From Candidatus Eiseniibacteriota bacterium (lineage in GTDB: Bacteria; Eisenbacteria; RBG-16-71-46; CAVPCR01): 64,000 bases of DNA. A program made the position numbers and the translations under genes. Positions 9,902 through 18,350 of this stretch are shown in pieces. Numbering within the stretch: the first letter of the stretch is position 1; every line of letters starts with the position of its first letter. The notes beneath the pieces are model-generated. The model ran no database searches. It saw only the letters and a program-made list of their open reading frames with translations, and was not told the DNA's origin. Location of the stretch: assembly GCA_963823555.1 (NCBI GenBank), contig CAWGMA010000001.1:448001-512000 (forward strand), read 5' to 3'.

Positions 9902-10684
9902 ATGCGGCTGCCAGCGGTGATATCCCTCAGCATGCATGCCGCCTTCATCGTCGTCTTTCTCGTCGGTGGGCGTTATGAACGCACCATGACCCTCGGTGGC
10001 TTCGGGCCGGGCGATTTCACGCCGGTCACCATGGTCGGCCCCGAAGCCTTGCGGGGCCGGAGCCGGACGACAAGGGTGCCCGAGCCCAAGGCACCGCCCG
10101 CGCCGCGTCCCGAGCTCAAGCCTGTCGAATCGAAGCCCGAGCCGAAGCCGGAGTCGAAGCCGCCGACACCCCCGAAGCCGAAGGTCGTGGATGATGGCGT
10201 CAAGATCTCGGATCAGACCAAGGAAGCGGTGAAGACCAAACCCGACACCACCAAGGCCGCCGCAGCGGCACCCGCCCGGCCGATGGAGACCCCGGCCGAT
10301 GCCGCCCTGGCGGGAGTGGCCGAGGTTCCGGCCTCGGGCGGCGGCACGGTCGCCGCTGGGATCGAGGTTGGACTCGGTGATGGCGGCGGCGGCGGTGGCG
10401 GTGGCTTCGGCGATTTCGGTTACTACCGGCTCGCGATGCAGAACAAGATCGCCGCCAACTGGTCGCCCGGTTTCGTTTCCGGAGAGGCGGCCTGCATCAT
10501 CTACTTCCGGATCATCCGCTCTGGCGCCGTGGTCGGGGCGCGGGTCGAGGAATCCTCGGGGATTCCCTTCTATGACCAGACTGCGCTGCGCGCCGTGGTC
10601 GAATCGAGTCCATTCCCTCCGCTCCCAGCCCAGCTCCCGGACGATATGGTGGGAGTGCACTTCCGGTTCAGGTATCAGCCTTGA
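9902..10684 (+). CDS. tolA: TolA/TonB-like energy transducer
   Basis: N-terminal TM with SxxxH, Pro/Lys-rich linker, C-terminal SSG..YDQTALRAV..SPFPPLP domain; lies between tolR and tolB. Confidence 0.8.
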   Translation: MRLPAVISLSMHAAFIVVFLVGGRYERTMTLGGFGPGDFTPVTMVGPEALRGRSRTTRVPEPKAPPAPRPELKPVESKPEPKPESKPPTPPKPKVVDDGVKISDQTKEAVKTKPDTTKAAAAAPARPMETPADAALAGVAEVPASGGGTVAAGIEVGLGDGGGGGGGGFGDFGYYRLAMQNKIAANWSPGFVSGEAACIIYFRIIRSGAVVGARVEESSGIPFYDQTALRAVVESSPFPPLPAQLPDDMVGVHFRFRYQP

Positions 10685-12027
10685 TGGTGATGAACATGCC
10701 ACGCCCTCTTCACATCTTCGAGCTGCGGCGCACGCTACCGGCCGTGGCCTTCCTTGCCGCGTTCCTCCTCATGCCGGCGGCGTCCGCTCGAGCCATCATC
10801 GAATGGGAAGCGGGCATCGAGAAGGGAGGGATACGGCAGCCGATCTGGCTCGACCCCTTCACGACGGAAGGGGACGGCCAGAAGCTGGATCCCATGCGTA
10901 AGGACGGCGAGTCGGTGCTCCTCGATGATCTCATCCTCTCCGGGTACTTCCGGGTCGACGGCCCGGTGGCCGCCGATCTCGCGCCGCGGGGGTCCGTGGT
11001 GGCGCGCTCGAAGGGACCCGATCTGACGGCGATCGTCAGCGGCCGCCTGGTGATGGAAGGGGGCAAGACGCGCTTCATCGGCCGGGTGGTGAGCCATCCG
11101 GCCGAGAAGCTCATCTTCGAACGCACCTATCCGGTGAGCGGCGAGGTGCGGCCGGTGATGCACGCCTTCAGCGACGACATCGTCTTCCACCTGATCGGCG
11201 AGCAGGGCCTTGCGCAGACGCGCGTGGCGTGCATCTGCTCGGCCTCCCAGGCGCGGGAGGTCATGGTCTTCGACTACGACGGCTTCGGTGGACGACAGCT
11301 CACCCGCGACAACTCGTCGAACCTCGGTCCGGCATGGTCACCGGTGGATGCAGTCATCGCCTACACTTCGTTCAAGCGCGGCGAGGCGGATCTCTACGGA
11401 GTGAATGCCGATGACGGCAAGGCCTACACCATCAGCCAGTATCCGGGCATCGATACCGCGGCCTCCTGGTCCCCGGACGGTCGGTTCCTGGCCGTGACGC
11501 TGAGCATGAAGGAGCGCAACCCGGACATCTACATCATCCGTCGCAACGGCGAGATCGTCGAGCGCATCACGTTTCATCCGGGCATCGATACCTCACCCAG
11601 CTTCGCGCCCACCGGACGGCAGATCGCCTTCATCTCGGACCGGCTGGGATCGCCGCAGATCTTCATCACCGATTCCGAGGGCCTCGACGCCATGCGGCTC
11701 CCCGTGCCGCAGAGCTTCTGCGACTCACCGGCCTGGTCCCCGCGGGGCGATCGCATCGCGTATGCGGCCCGTTCGGGAGGCGGCAACTTCGACATCTTCG
11801 TGGCGACGCTCGACGGCAGCATCGTCGAGCAGCTCACTCTGGGCTGGGGGTCGAGCGAGAACCCGCGGTGGTCGCCGGACGGGCGCCAGATCGTGTTCAG
11901 CTCCACCCGGAGCGGCGAGCGCGCGATCTATGTCATGCTCGCCGACGGTTCGAATCAGCGCCGGCTGACGCCGAAGGACAAGATGTGCTTCTACCCCACC
12001 TGGTCTCCTCGGCCCGCGGCCAAGTAG
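10681..12027 (+). CDS. tolB: TolB beta-propeller protein
   Basis: Signal peptide, HAFSDDIV..L.GE.G motif and repeated PD40 motifs (PAWSP, WSPDG); the true start may be 10687 or 10696. Confidence 0.9.
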   Translation: MMVMNMPRPLHIFELRRTLPAVAFLAAFLLMPAASARAIIEWEAGIEKGGIRQPIWLDPFTTEGDGQKLDPMRKDGESVLLDDLILSGYFRVDGPVAADLAPRGSVVARSKGPDLTAIVSGRLVMEGGKTRFIGRVVSHPAEKLIFERTYPVSGEVRPVMHAFSDDIVFHLIGEQGLAQTRVACICSASQAREVMVFDYDGFGGRQLTRDNSSNLGPAWSPVDAVIAYTSFKRGEADLYGVNADDGKAYTISQYPGIDTAASWSPDGRFLAVTLSMKERNPDIYIIRRNGEIVERITFHPGIDTSPSFAPTGRQIAFISDRLGSPQIFITDSEGLDAMRLPVPQSFCDSPAWSPRGDRIAYAARSGGGNFDIFVATLDGSIVEQLTLGWGSSENPRWSPDGRQIVFSSTRSGERAIYVMLADGSNQRRLTPKDKMCFYPTWSPRPAAK

Positions 12028-12115
12028 GGCGGGGCCGATAGGGATGGGGGCTCGAGGCCGAAGGGGCGACTGAAGGCCGAGATAGGAGGGGATGGCAGCG
12101 GCTCTCGGCCGCCGC

Positions 12116-12144
12116 TTGACAGGGTGCCTGATTCGTTCGATGCT
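12116..12144 (+). promoter_or_regulatory. Candidate internal sigma70 promoter for pal
   Basis: TTGACA-17 bp-GATGCT in the tolB-pal spacer. Confidence 0.4.
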
Positions 12145-12295
12145 GCGGCTGTCCGGGAGGTGTTGGGGGTGGTTACCGACCCGGAAGATCTGGACCCTGC
12201 CGCCAGGATGGCGGTGGGTCCTACTGGGATGGAGCGCGGGCTGGCAGTTGGCTTTCAACATGAGGCCCCGCCCCACATGAGGAGGGAGTGTGGTA

Positions 12296-12802
12296 ATGAG
12301 ATCGTGGAAGCTCGTCATCCTGTCGCTGACTTGCCTCGCGGTGCTGGTTGGCGGTTGTGGTGGCAAGAAGCCGCCGGAGGAGCCGGCCCAGCCACCCGCA
12401 GCCGAAGTCGTGACTCCTCCTCCGCCTCCGCCCGACAAACCGGAGCCGCCCAAGCCGGTCGAGAAGCCGGCGCTCAGCCTGCAGGCGATCTACTTCGACT
12501 TCGACATGTACGCGCTCAGGGATGATGCGCGCATGACGCTCGCCGCGAACGCCAAGGGGTTGCAGGACCACCCCGAGGCGCGAATCGCGATCGAGGGGCA
12601 TTGCGACGAGCGCGGCACCGTCGAGTACAACCTGGCGCTCGGCGAGAAGCGCGCCAAGGCGGCCTACGATTACCTCGTGAGTTACGGCATTCCGGCCGAC
12701 CGGATGTCCACGGTGAGCTTTGGCGAGGAGCGTCCTGCCGATCCGGGCCATGACGAAGCAGCCTGGGCTCGGAACCGGCGCGCCGAGTTCGTGACACGAT
12801 AG
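12296..12802 (+). CDS. pal: Peptidoglycan-associated lipoprotein Pal
   Basis: Lipobox VGGC; IYFDFD, IEGHCDERGTVEYNLALGEKRA, VSFGEERP and NRRAEF motifs. Confidence 0.95.
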   Translation: MRSWKLVILSLTCLAVLVGGCGGKKPPEEPAQPPAAEVVTPPPPPPDKPEPPKPVEKPALSLQAIYFDFDMYALRDDARMTLAANAKGLQDHPEARIAIEGHCDERGTVEYNLALGEKRAKAAYDYLVSYGIPADRMSTVSFGEERPADPGHDEAAWARNRRAEFVTR

Positions 12803-12825
12803 GCGAAGCGACTGCGGCCATGCCA

Positions 12826-12859
12826 GCGACATGGCGGGAATGCACTCCCGCCATGTCGC
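12826..12859 (+). terminator. Perfect 14-bp stem-loop after pal (mRNA stabiliser or partial terminator)
   Basis: GCGACATGGCGGGA (12826-12839) / TCCCGCCATGTCGC (12846-12859). Confidence 0.55.
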
Positions 12860-12884
12860 CAAGGAGCCTACGAGAAGGCACGTC

Positions 12885-13736
12885 ATGACACTACGCGGCT
12901 TGACGGCGCCCAGGCGGATGGTGATTTCGCCTGTGCGCCGTGGCACGCTCCCGAGTCATTGCGATCCCCGGTTGAGAGCCACCTCATCGGTTCTGCTCGG
13001 CGTCACGCTCGCGCTGGGCCTTTCCGGTTGCGGCGGCTTCTTCAGCATGCCCGATCGCTTGGCGGAAACCCAGGCGCAGGTCACGGACGTGCAGCGCCGG
13101 CAAGAGGCTCTGGCTCGCGAGGTGGAGGAGCTCAAGGCGATGATCACGGCGCAGGAGGAGGTCCTGCGCCAGATGCGCGCCGACCAGAGCTCGAACACGG
13201 CTGAGCTCCAGAGCGCGATCGAGCTCTTGCGTAACCAGCTCGACTACACCAGCCGCCAGCTGCGGCGGCCCGCGGTGCAACCCACCACACGAGCCGCGGC
13301 GACCGACACGGCTCAAGGGAGCGAGACACGCCCTGAGACCGCCGGGGGGCCGGCTCTCGAGGAGCAGGGACTCTACAACGCCGCGCTCCAGCATCTGCAG
13401 CAAGGTCGATATCCGCTTGCCATCAACGGCTTCCGCGAGTACCTGGGCAAATTCCCGGAGGGAGCACTCGGCGACGCGGCGCAGTATGGAATCGCCGAGG
13501 CCTACTACGCACAATCAGACTATCCCACGGCCGCTATCGAGTTCCGCACCGTCGTCGACCAGTATCCAGGCAGCGACCGGGTTCCGGCAGCCCTCCTCAA
13601 GGCTGGACTGTCCTACTTCGAGGCAGGCAAGGAGGATCTGGGTCGCGCCTATCTGGAGCGGGTGGTCAACGAGTACCCCTATTCGGACGAGGCACTTCGG
13701 GCCAAGGACCGCCTCGATCGCTGGAAGCAGGACTAG
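12885..13736 (+). CDS. cpoB: CpoB/YbgF (coiled coil + TPR), possibly a lipoprotein
   Basis: LSGC lipobox, coiled coil, TPR motifs (AQYGIAEAYY, YPGSDRVPAALLKAG); follows pal; start uncertain. Confidence 0.85.
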   Translation: MTLRGLTAPRRMVISPVRRGTLPSHCDPRLRATSSVLLGVTLALGLSGCGGFFSMPDRLAETQAQVTDVQRRQEALAREVEELKAMITAQEEVLRQMRADQSSNTAELQSAIELLRNQLDYTSRQLRRPAVQPTTRAAATDTAQGSETRPETAGGPALEEQGLYNAALQHLQQGRYPLAINGFREYLGKFPEGALGDAAQYGIAEAYYAQSDYPTAAIEFRTVVDQYPGSDRVPAALLKAGLSYFEAGKEDLGRAYLERVVNEYPYSDEALRAKDRLDRWKQD

Positions 13737-13992
13737 CCCGGCGTATCCTCCCTTCCCGCTCGGAGGCCCTGCCCGTTCGATTCGCCTTTGCCAGGCGTTG
13801 ATCCCCGCTCTTCCCGCGACGGGCATTGGCCCCGAGACTTCCCTGCCGTGGCCGCTTTGCACGATGCGACATTGCAGGGTCCGATGCCCCGTGCAATCCG
13901 CTCGCCGCCTCTTGCATCTCGCTTCGGGACACTAACGCCGTATGTCCGCTCTGCAACTCGCCTCGCGTGATGCAACCGATCATGCCGCCGCC

Positions 13993-14009
13993 TTGGCACA
14001 GGGTTTGCC
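13993..14009 (+). promoter_or_regulatory. Sigma54 (-24/-12) promoter
   Basis: TGGCAC-AGGGT-TTGC at 13994-14008 matches TGGCAC-N5-TTGC exactly, about 107 nt before the next start. Confidence 0.75.
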
Positions 14010-14115
14010 GTTCCCCCCTCCGGTTTGATTCCTGAGTCGCCGTGCTTTCTTTTCGCGGCGCGAAACTCGAGGGCAAGCGGTGCGGCTCTCCGTGATCAAG
14101 GAGGGGAAATTGACC

Positions 14116-14553
14116 ATGTCGATTCGAAACATGTCGGGCAGTTACTTGGGCCTCTTCATCCTGGTCATCGCCTTCGGCGGTCTGATCGCTGGTTGCGGTG
14201 AGGATCAGGTGACTGCGACCGACACGACGGCGCCCGCAGCCCCGATCGGTCTGCGCGCCATGGCCGGAAACACGACCGTCTATCTGGAGTGGGATGCCAA
14301 CTCCGAGACCGACCTCGCCGGCTACAATGTCTACTCCGCTGTGGATGGGGCAGCCCTCGAGCTGGTCGCTGTGGTGCCGGCGACGAGCACGGGCTACAAC
14401 GAGGTGCGCGAGCGTGGTCACGAGTACACCTACGAGATCACAGCCTTCGATCAGAGCACGAACGAGAGCTCGGCCTCCAATCAGGCGTCGATCTTGCACC
14501 AATCGCTGCCCTCGGGCGGAGTGCGCGACAACATAGGTACGATCGAGCGCTAG
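14116..14553 (+). CDS. Small lipoprotein with a single fibronectin type III domain
   Basis: Lipobox LIAGC; DTTAPAAP.GL, LEWDANSETDLAGYNVY and YEITAFDQSTNES motifs; GGAGG RBS. Confidence 0.8.
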   Translation: MSIRNMSGSYLGLFILVIAFGGLIAGCGEDQVTATDTTAPAAPIGLRAMAGNTTVYLEWDANSETDLAGYNVYSAVDGAALELVAVVPATSTGYNEVRERGHEYTYEITAFDQSTNESSASNQASILHQSLPSGGVRDNIGTIER

Positions 14554-14600
14554 CTCGCCGATGATCGGCGGCTGAAGCCGCACCCTCGTGCCGCGGTGAT

Positions 14601-14644
14601 GGAGCTGGGGCCCTCTGCGTGAGCAGGGGTTCCAGCTCCCTTTC
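14601..14644 (+). terminator. Intrinsic terminator
   Basis: GGAGCTGG...CCAGCTCC long stem followed by CTTTC, downstream of the lipoprotein gene. Confidence 0.6.
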
Positions 14645-15790
14645 GCTTGGGTCGGGTTGGGCAGCCGCTTGCGTTGGACGCGGCGGATAGCGTGCTGGAG
14701 AATGCAGGCGAGATGTGGTAGGCTGTCTTCATTCGGGATCCGTACGCCGCGTGCGAACCGACCGACCTCGTGCCCCAGCGACCACGCCGTCCTGCCGAGG
14801 GACGGCCATCTGTTCCTGAAGGAGCGAGCGGCCGGAACTCAGATGGCGCGACGGAATGGGTTCCGTCACATCGCGCTACCGGGCATAACAGGGGCTCCCT
14901 GGCCTTCCAGGCAGGAGCCCCTTGCGCTTTTTGGGGGAGTTGGCGGGGCGAGTGCCGGGGGGGAGGAAAGGGGCCGCCGCCGCCAGCGGGGAGGGCGGGG
15001 CGGCCCCTCGGAGGGGGCACCCCGCCCCCATGAGATGGAGGAGGCGGGGTGCGCTGGCCGAGACGCGGTGGGCTCGGAACACCGCGCACTCGGCGAAGAA
15101 TGCAGGCAGGGAACACCGACCACGTCGCCCACCATCGCGGTCAACTGAGTCACTCAGTCACCTGGTGCTCCCTGCCCAACCCGACTAGTTCCTGGGGCGA
15201 GCCGTTGCCGCCGCCGGTGAAACGGTCGGCGGTACGGCAGCTTACTGCGACATCTCGCAATAAGCCGTGGTGCCGTCCCGGTCGCTCCCTCGGGCGGTGG
15301 GCGAAGAGGCACAAGTCCTCCCGCAGCTCGAATGACACTCTGGTCACCGAGACACCCGCGCCGGAGCGCGACACGCGAAACTAGGTTGTCAAGGCGTCTT
15401 TAACGAAGCGGAATAGGCCTTCTCGGTATCGTGCGCGGCTCTGGGATTAGAGCTCGTGGCCGTTCAGCTTTAGCAAGGTGGGATTCTAGGATCCTCCGGC
15501 ATGCGGTGGATGGGGCTGGGAGCCCCGCTTCCAACTTCGTCGCTGTATTTATAGCACGCTATCCGGAGCCCTGACAAGAGGAAAAATCCGCTTCTGGCCC
15601 GGTTCCTGCCACCTCGAGCCGGCAGTCCGGTGCGAGTCCGAGTCCCTGTCGCCAGTTGGTGCCGTGGGCTCCAGGGCGAATCGCGCACGCTGGTGACGCG
15701 CTGGACACCGGCGTTGTCGGTGTTGGTCCAGGAGGCCTGCGGCAAGGAGAGCCCCGGGGGAAGGCCTTCCTCATCACTGGAGAGACCGCC

Positions 15791-17338
15791 CTGCTGGCCA
15801 CTCTGATATCGGCGACCCTCCATGGAATCGATGGCTGTCTCGTGCGTGTCGAGGTCGATGCCGCGGACGGGCTCCCGAATTACCAGGTCGTCGGTCTTCC
15901 GGATGCCGCCGTGCGCGAGAGCAGGGAACGCATCTCGTCGGCGATTCGCCATCTTGGCTTCACCTACCCCACGCGGCGCATCACCATCAACCTGGCGCCG
16001 GCAGGACTCAAGAAGGAAGGCGCTGCCTTCGATCTCCCGATCGCCATCGGCATCCTCCTCGCTTCAGGACAGATCCCGCCGTCAGGCGAGGGTCCTTTTG
16101 CCGCGGCGGGCGAGCTCTCGCTCGATGGGTCGGTGAAACCGATTCGCGGGGCGCTTTGCATGGGCGCGGCGGTGCGGGCCGCAGGCATCCGGCGCTTGCT
16201 CGTGCCCGTCGCGAACGCTGCCGAGGCAGCCCATGTCACGGACCTGTGCGTGCACGGCGTGGAGCGGCTCGATGAGGCCGCACGGCTCCTCGCCGCATTC
16301 GGCACCCCGGACGAACCCCACCCGGCGCGCCCGCGTTCGCCGGATCCAGTCTCTCCCGCGGAGCTGGACCTGGACGACGTGCTCGGCCAGGAGCATGCCA
16401 AGCGCGCGGTCGAAGTGGCTGCGGCCGGCGGTCACAATCTCCTCCTCGTCGGTCCGCCCGGCGGCGGCAAGACCATGCTCGCGCGCCGGCTACCCGGCAT
16501 CCTGCCCCCGCTCGGCCACGAGGAAGCGGTCGAGACCACGAAGATCGCCTCGGTTGCCGGCCTGCTCCCTGCCGGTGCGGGGCTGATGGCCCATCGCCCG
16601 TTTCGTGCTCCGCACCACACCATCTCGACAGCGGGGCTCGTCGGCGGCGGGCAGCCGCTGAAGCCTGGAGAGGTGAGCCTCGCTCATCACGGGGTGCTCT
16701 TCCTCGATGAGCTACCCGAGTTCCGCCGCACGGCTCTCGAGGTCCTGCGCCAGCCACTCGAAGAGGGTTGGGTCACGATCGTGCGGGTTGCGGGTGCGGT
16801 CACCTTCCCGGCCCGCTTCACCCTCATCGCAGCCTCCAACCCCTGCGCGTGCGGGTATCTCGGCGATCCCCGGGTGGCCTGCCGGTGTAGCGAGGCGGCG
16901 GTGGCGAGCTACATGGGAAGGCTCTCCGGGCCGCTTCTCGATCGCATCGATCTTCGCGTGGACGTGGGGCGGGTGGAGCCCGGGGAGTTCCTCGCCGCGC
17001 AGCCCCGGTCGGGCGTGTGGGGGACGGCGGCGGTGCGCCAGCGCGTGGCCGAGGCACGCCGGCGCGCGGCGGTACGTCTGCGTGCGGAGCCCGGTGTCTT
17101 CGCCAATGCGCAACTCGGTCCGGCGCTCGTGCGCCGGCATTGCGTGGTGCGCGGAGCGACGTTCCGGCTCATGAGCGCCGCGGCGGAGAAGCTCGCTCTC
17201 ACCGCGCGCTCGCTCGACCGCACGCTCAAGGTGGCGCGAACGATCGCGGATCTCGAAGGCGCTCGCGATATCGGGGAGGACCACCTCGCTGAGGCACTCC
17301 AGTATCGCGGACTGGAGCGGAGAGAGACCCATCGCTGA
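15791..17338 (+). CDS. comM: ComM/YifB Mg-chelatase-like AAA+ ATPase
   Basis: VGLPDAAVRESRER, RITINLAPA, GPPGGGKTMLA, PFRAPHHT, GEVSLAHHGVLFLDE, NPCACG and SGPLLDRID motifs; the family-like N-terminus begins at a CTG (15791) behind GGAGAG. Confidence 0.92.
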   Translation: MLATLISATLHGIDGCLVRVEVDAADGLPNYQVVGLPDAAVRESRERISSAIRHLGFTYPTRRITINLAPAGLKKEGAAFDLPIAIGILLASGQIPPSGEGPFAAAGELSLDGSVKPIRGALCMGAAVRAAGIRRLLVPVANAAEAAHVTDLCVHGVERLDEAARLLAAFGTPDEPHPARPRSPDPVSPAELDLDDVLGQEHAKRAVEVAAAGGHNLLLVGPPGGGKTMLARRLPGILPPLGHEEAVETTKIASVAGLLPAGAGLMAHRPFRAPHHTISTAGLVGGGQPLKPGEVSLAHHGVLFLDELPEFRRTALEVLRQPLEEGWVTIVRVAGAVTFPARFTLIAASNPCACGYLGDPRVACRCSEAAVASYMGRLSGPLLDRIDLRVDVGRVEPGEFLAAQPRSGVWGTAAVRQRVAEARRRAAVRLRAEPGVFANAQLGPALVRRHCVVRGATFRLMSAAAEKLALTARSLDRTLKVARTIADLEGARDIGEDHLAEALQYRGLERRETHR

Positions 17339-17387
17339 TGCCGTGCCCCGGGAGGATGTGAGGCGTAGGGCGACATGGAGTGGAGTC

Positions 17388-18065
17388 ATGTCCGGCGATC
17401 CTGCCTTGATCGATGCTGTTTCCGCCCACGTGAGTCGACATGTCGGCCGTACCGCGTTCGTCTTCCACGAGCTCGAATCGGAACTCGTGCACATCGATGT
17501 TCACTACGTCCGTTCGACACGGGGCCGTCCGTTCGAGGTCCTGGTCACATCAGGGATGAGCGCGCGCCCGATGTCGACGCCGGCAGGAAGCCATGTGCCG
17601 CGCTATGCGGAGCTGGTCGCCCTCCTTCCCGCCGGCTGGCCGCTGCTGGGGCCGGCCGGCGATGACGAGCGAAACTCGTGGCCGCTCGAGCTTATCAGGG
17701 ATCTCGCTCGCTACCCCCACCGGCACAAGACCTGGCTCGGCTACGGTCACTCGCTCAGCGACGCCGATGGGCCGGGCGTTCCCTTCGCCTCCAACACCCG
17801 GCTCAGCGCGGTCATTCTCCTGCCGCCAGTGACGCTCGGAGGCCGCTTCTTCACGCTCAGGCGGCGGGGTGGATGCAACATCCACTTCTGGGCGGTGGTG
17901 CCGCTCTACAGGGAGGAGCTCGAGTTCAAGCTCCGGGAGGGCACGGAGGCACTTCTTGACGCCTTCGAGCGGCACGGGATCACCGACGTGATCGATCCGC
18001 AGCGGACGAACGTGGCGCGGGCAAAGCCAGGTCCTGAGGTCGGGATCGGGTTTCAGAGTTCGTGA
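17388..18065 (+). CDS. Suppressor-of-fused (SUFU) domain protein
   Basis: VHIDVH, LVTSGMS, YAEL, WP..L..LARYP, WLGYGH and VVPLYREE motifs; start may be 17343. Confidence 0.85.
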   Translation: MSGDPALIDAVSAHVSRHVGRTAFVFHELESELVHIDVHYVRSTRGRPFEVLVTSGMSARPMSTPAGSHVPRYAELVALLPAGWPLLGPAGDDERNSWPLELIRDLARYPHRHKTWLGYGHSLSDADGPGVPFASNTRLSAVILLPPVTLGGRFFTLRRRGGCNIHFWAVVPLYREELEFKLREGTEALLDAFERHGITDVIDPQRTNVARAKPGPEVGIGFQSS

Positions 18066-18075
18066 TTGTGTGAGT

Positions 18076-18200
18076 TTCGCGAACCCGGTCTGGCGAAGTG
18101 TTGTTTCGCGAACTCAGATTCGCGAAGTGGGTTCTTGCGAACCAGGTTTCGCGAAGTGTGATTGACGAAGTGGATATGCTGCGAGTGGATGAGCGGCGAG
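18076..18200. repeat. Degenerate tandem array with 14/15-bp period (29-bp higher-order unit) built on TTCGCGAA
   Basis: CGAA cores end at 18083, 18097, 18112, 18126, 18141, 18155 and 18169, with weaker CGAG copies after; exact TTCGCGAA at 18076, 18105, 18119 and 18148. Confidence 0.8.
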
Positions 18201-18350
18201 GCGAGTAAGTGTTGGTGCGTGTGATCTGTCAGCCACAGAAATGTGCGCTCGAGTGAAGAAAGTGCTTGATCGGTAGTGGTTCCGTTCGTATCCTGATCCG
18301 GTATTCCCTCCCCGCGACAATTCAGCAAGACCCCCGGAAGGAGTATCGCC

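Noticed and set aside
15620..15660. Cobalamin riboswitch-like CCGGTGCGAGTCCG
   Set aside because: The flanking GGGAA and CCCGCAACTGT elements are missing.
18076..18200. CRISPR array
   Set aside because: The period is 14-15 bp with 6-7 nt linkers, there are no spacer-length unique segments and no cas genes; kept as a separate repeat finding.
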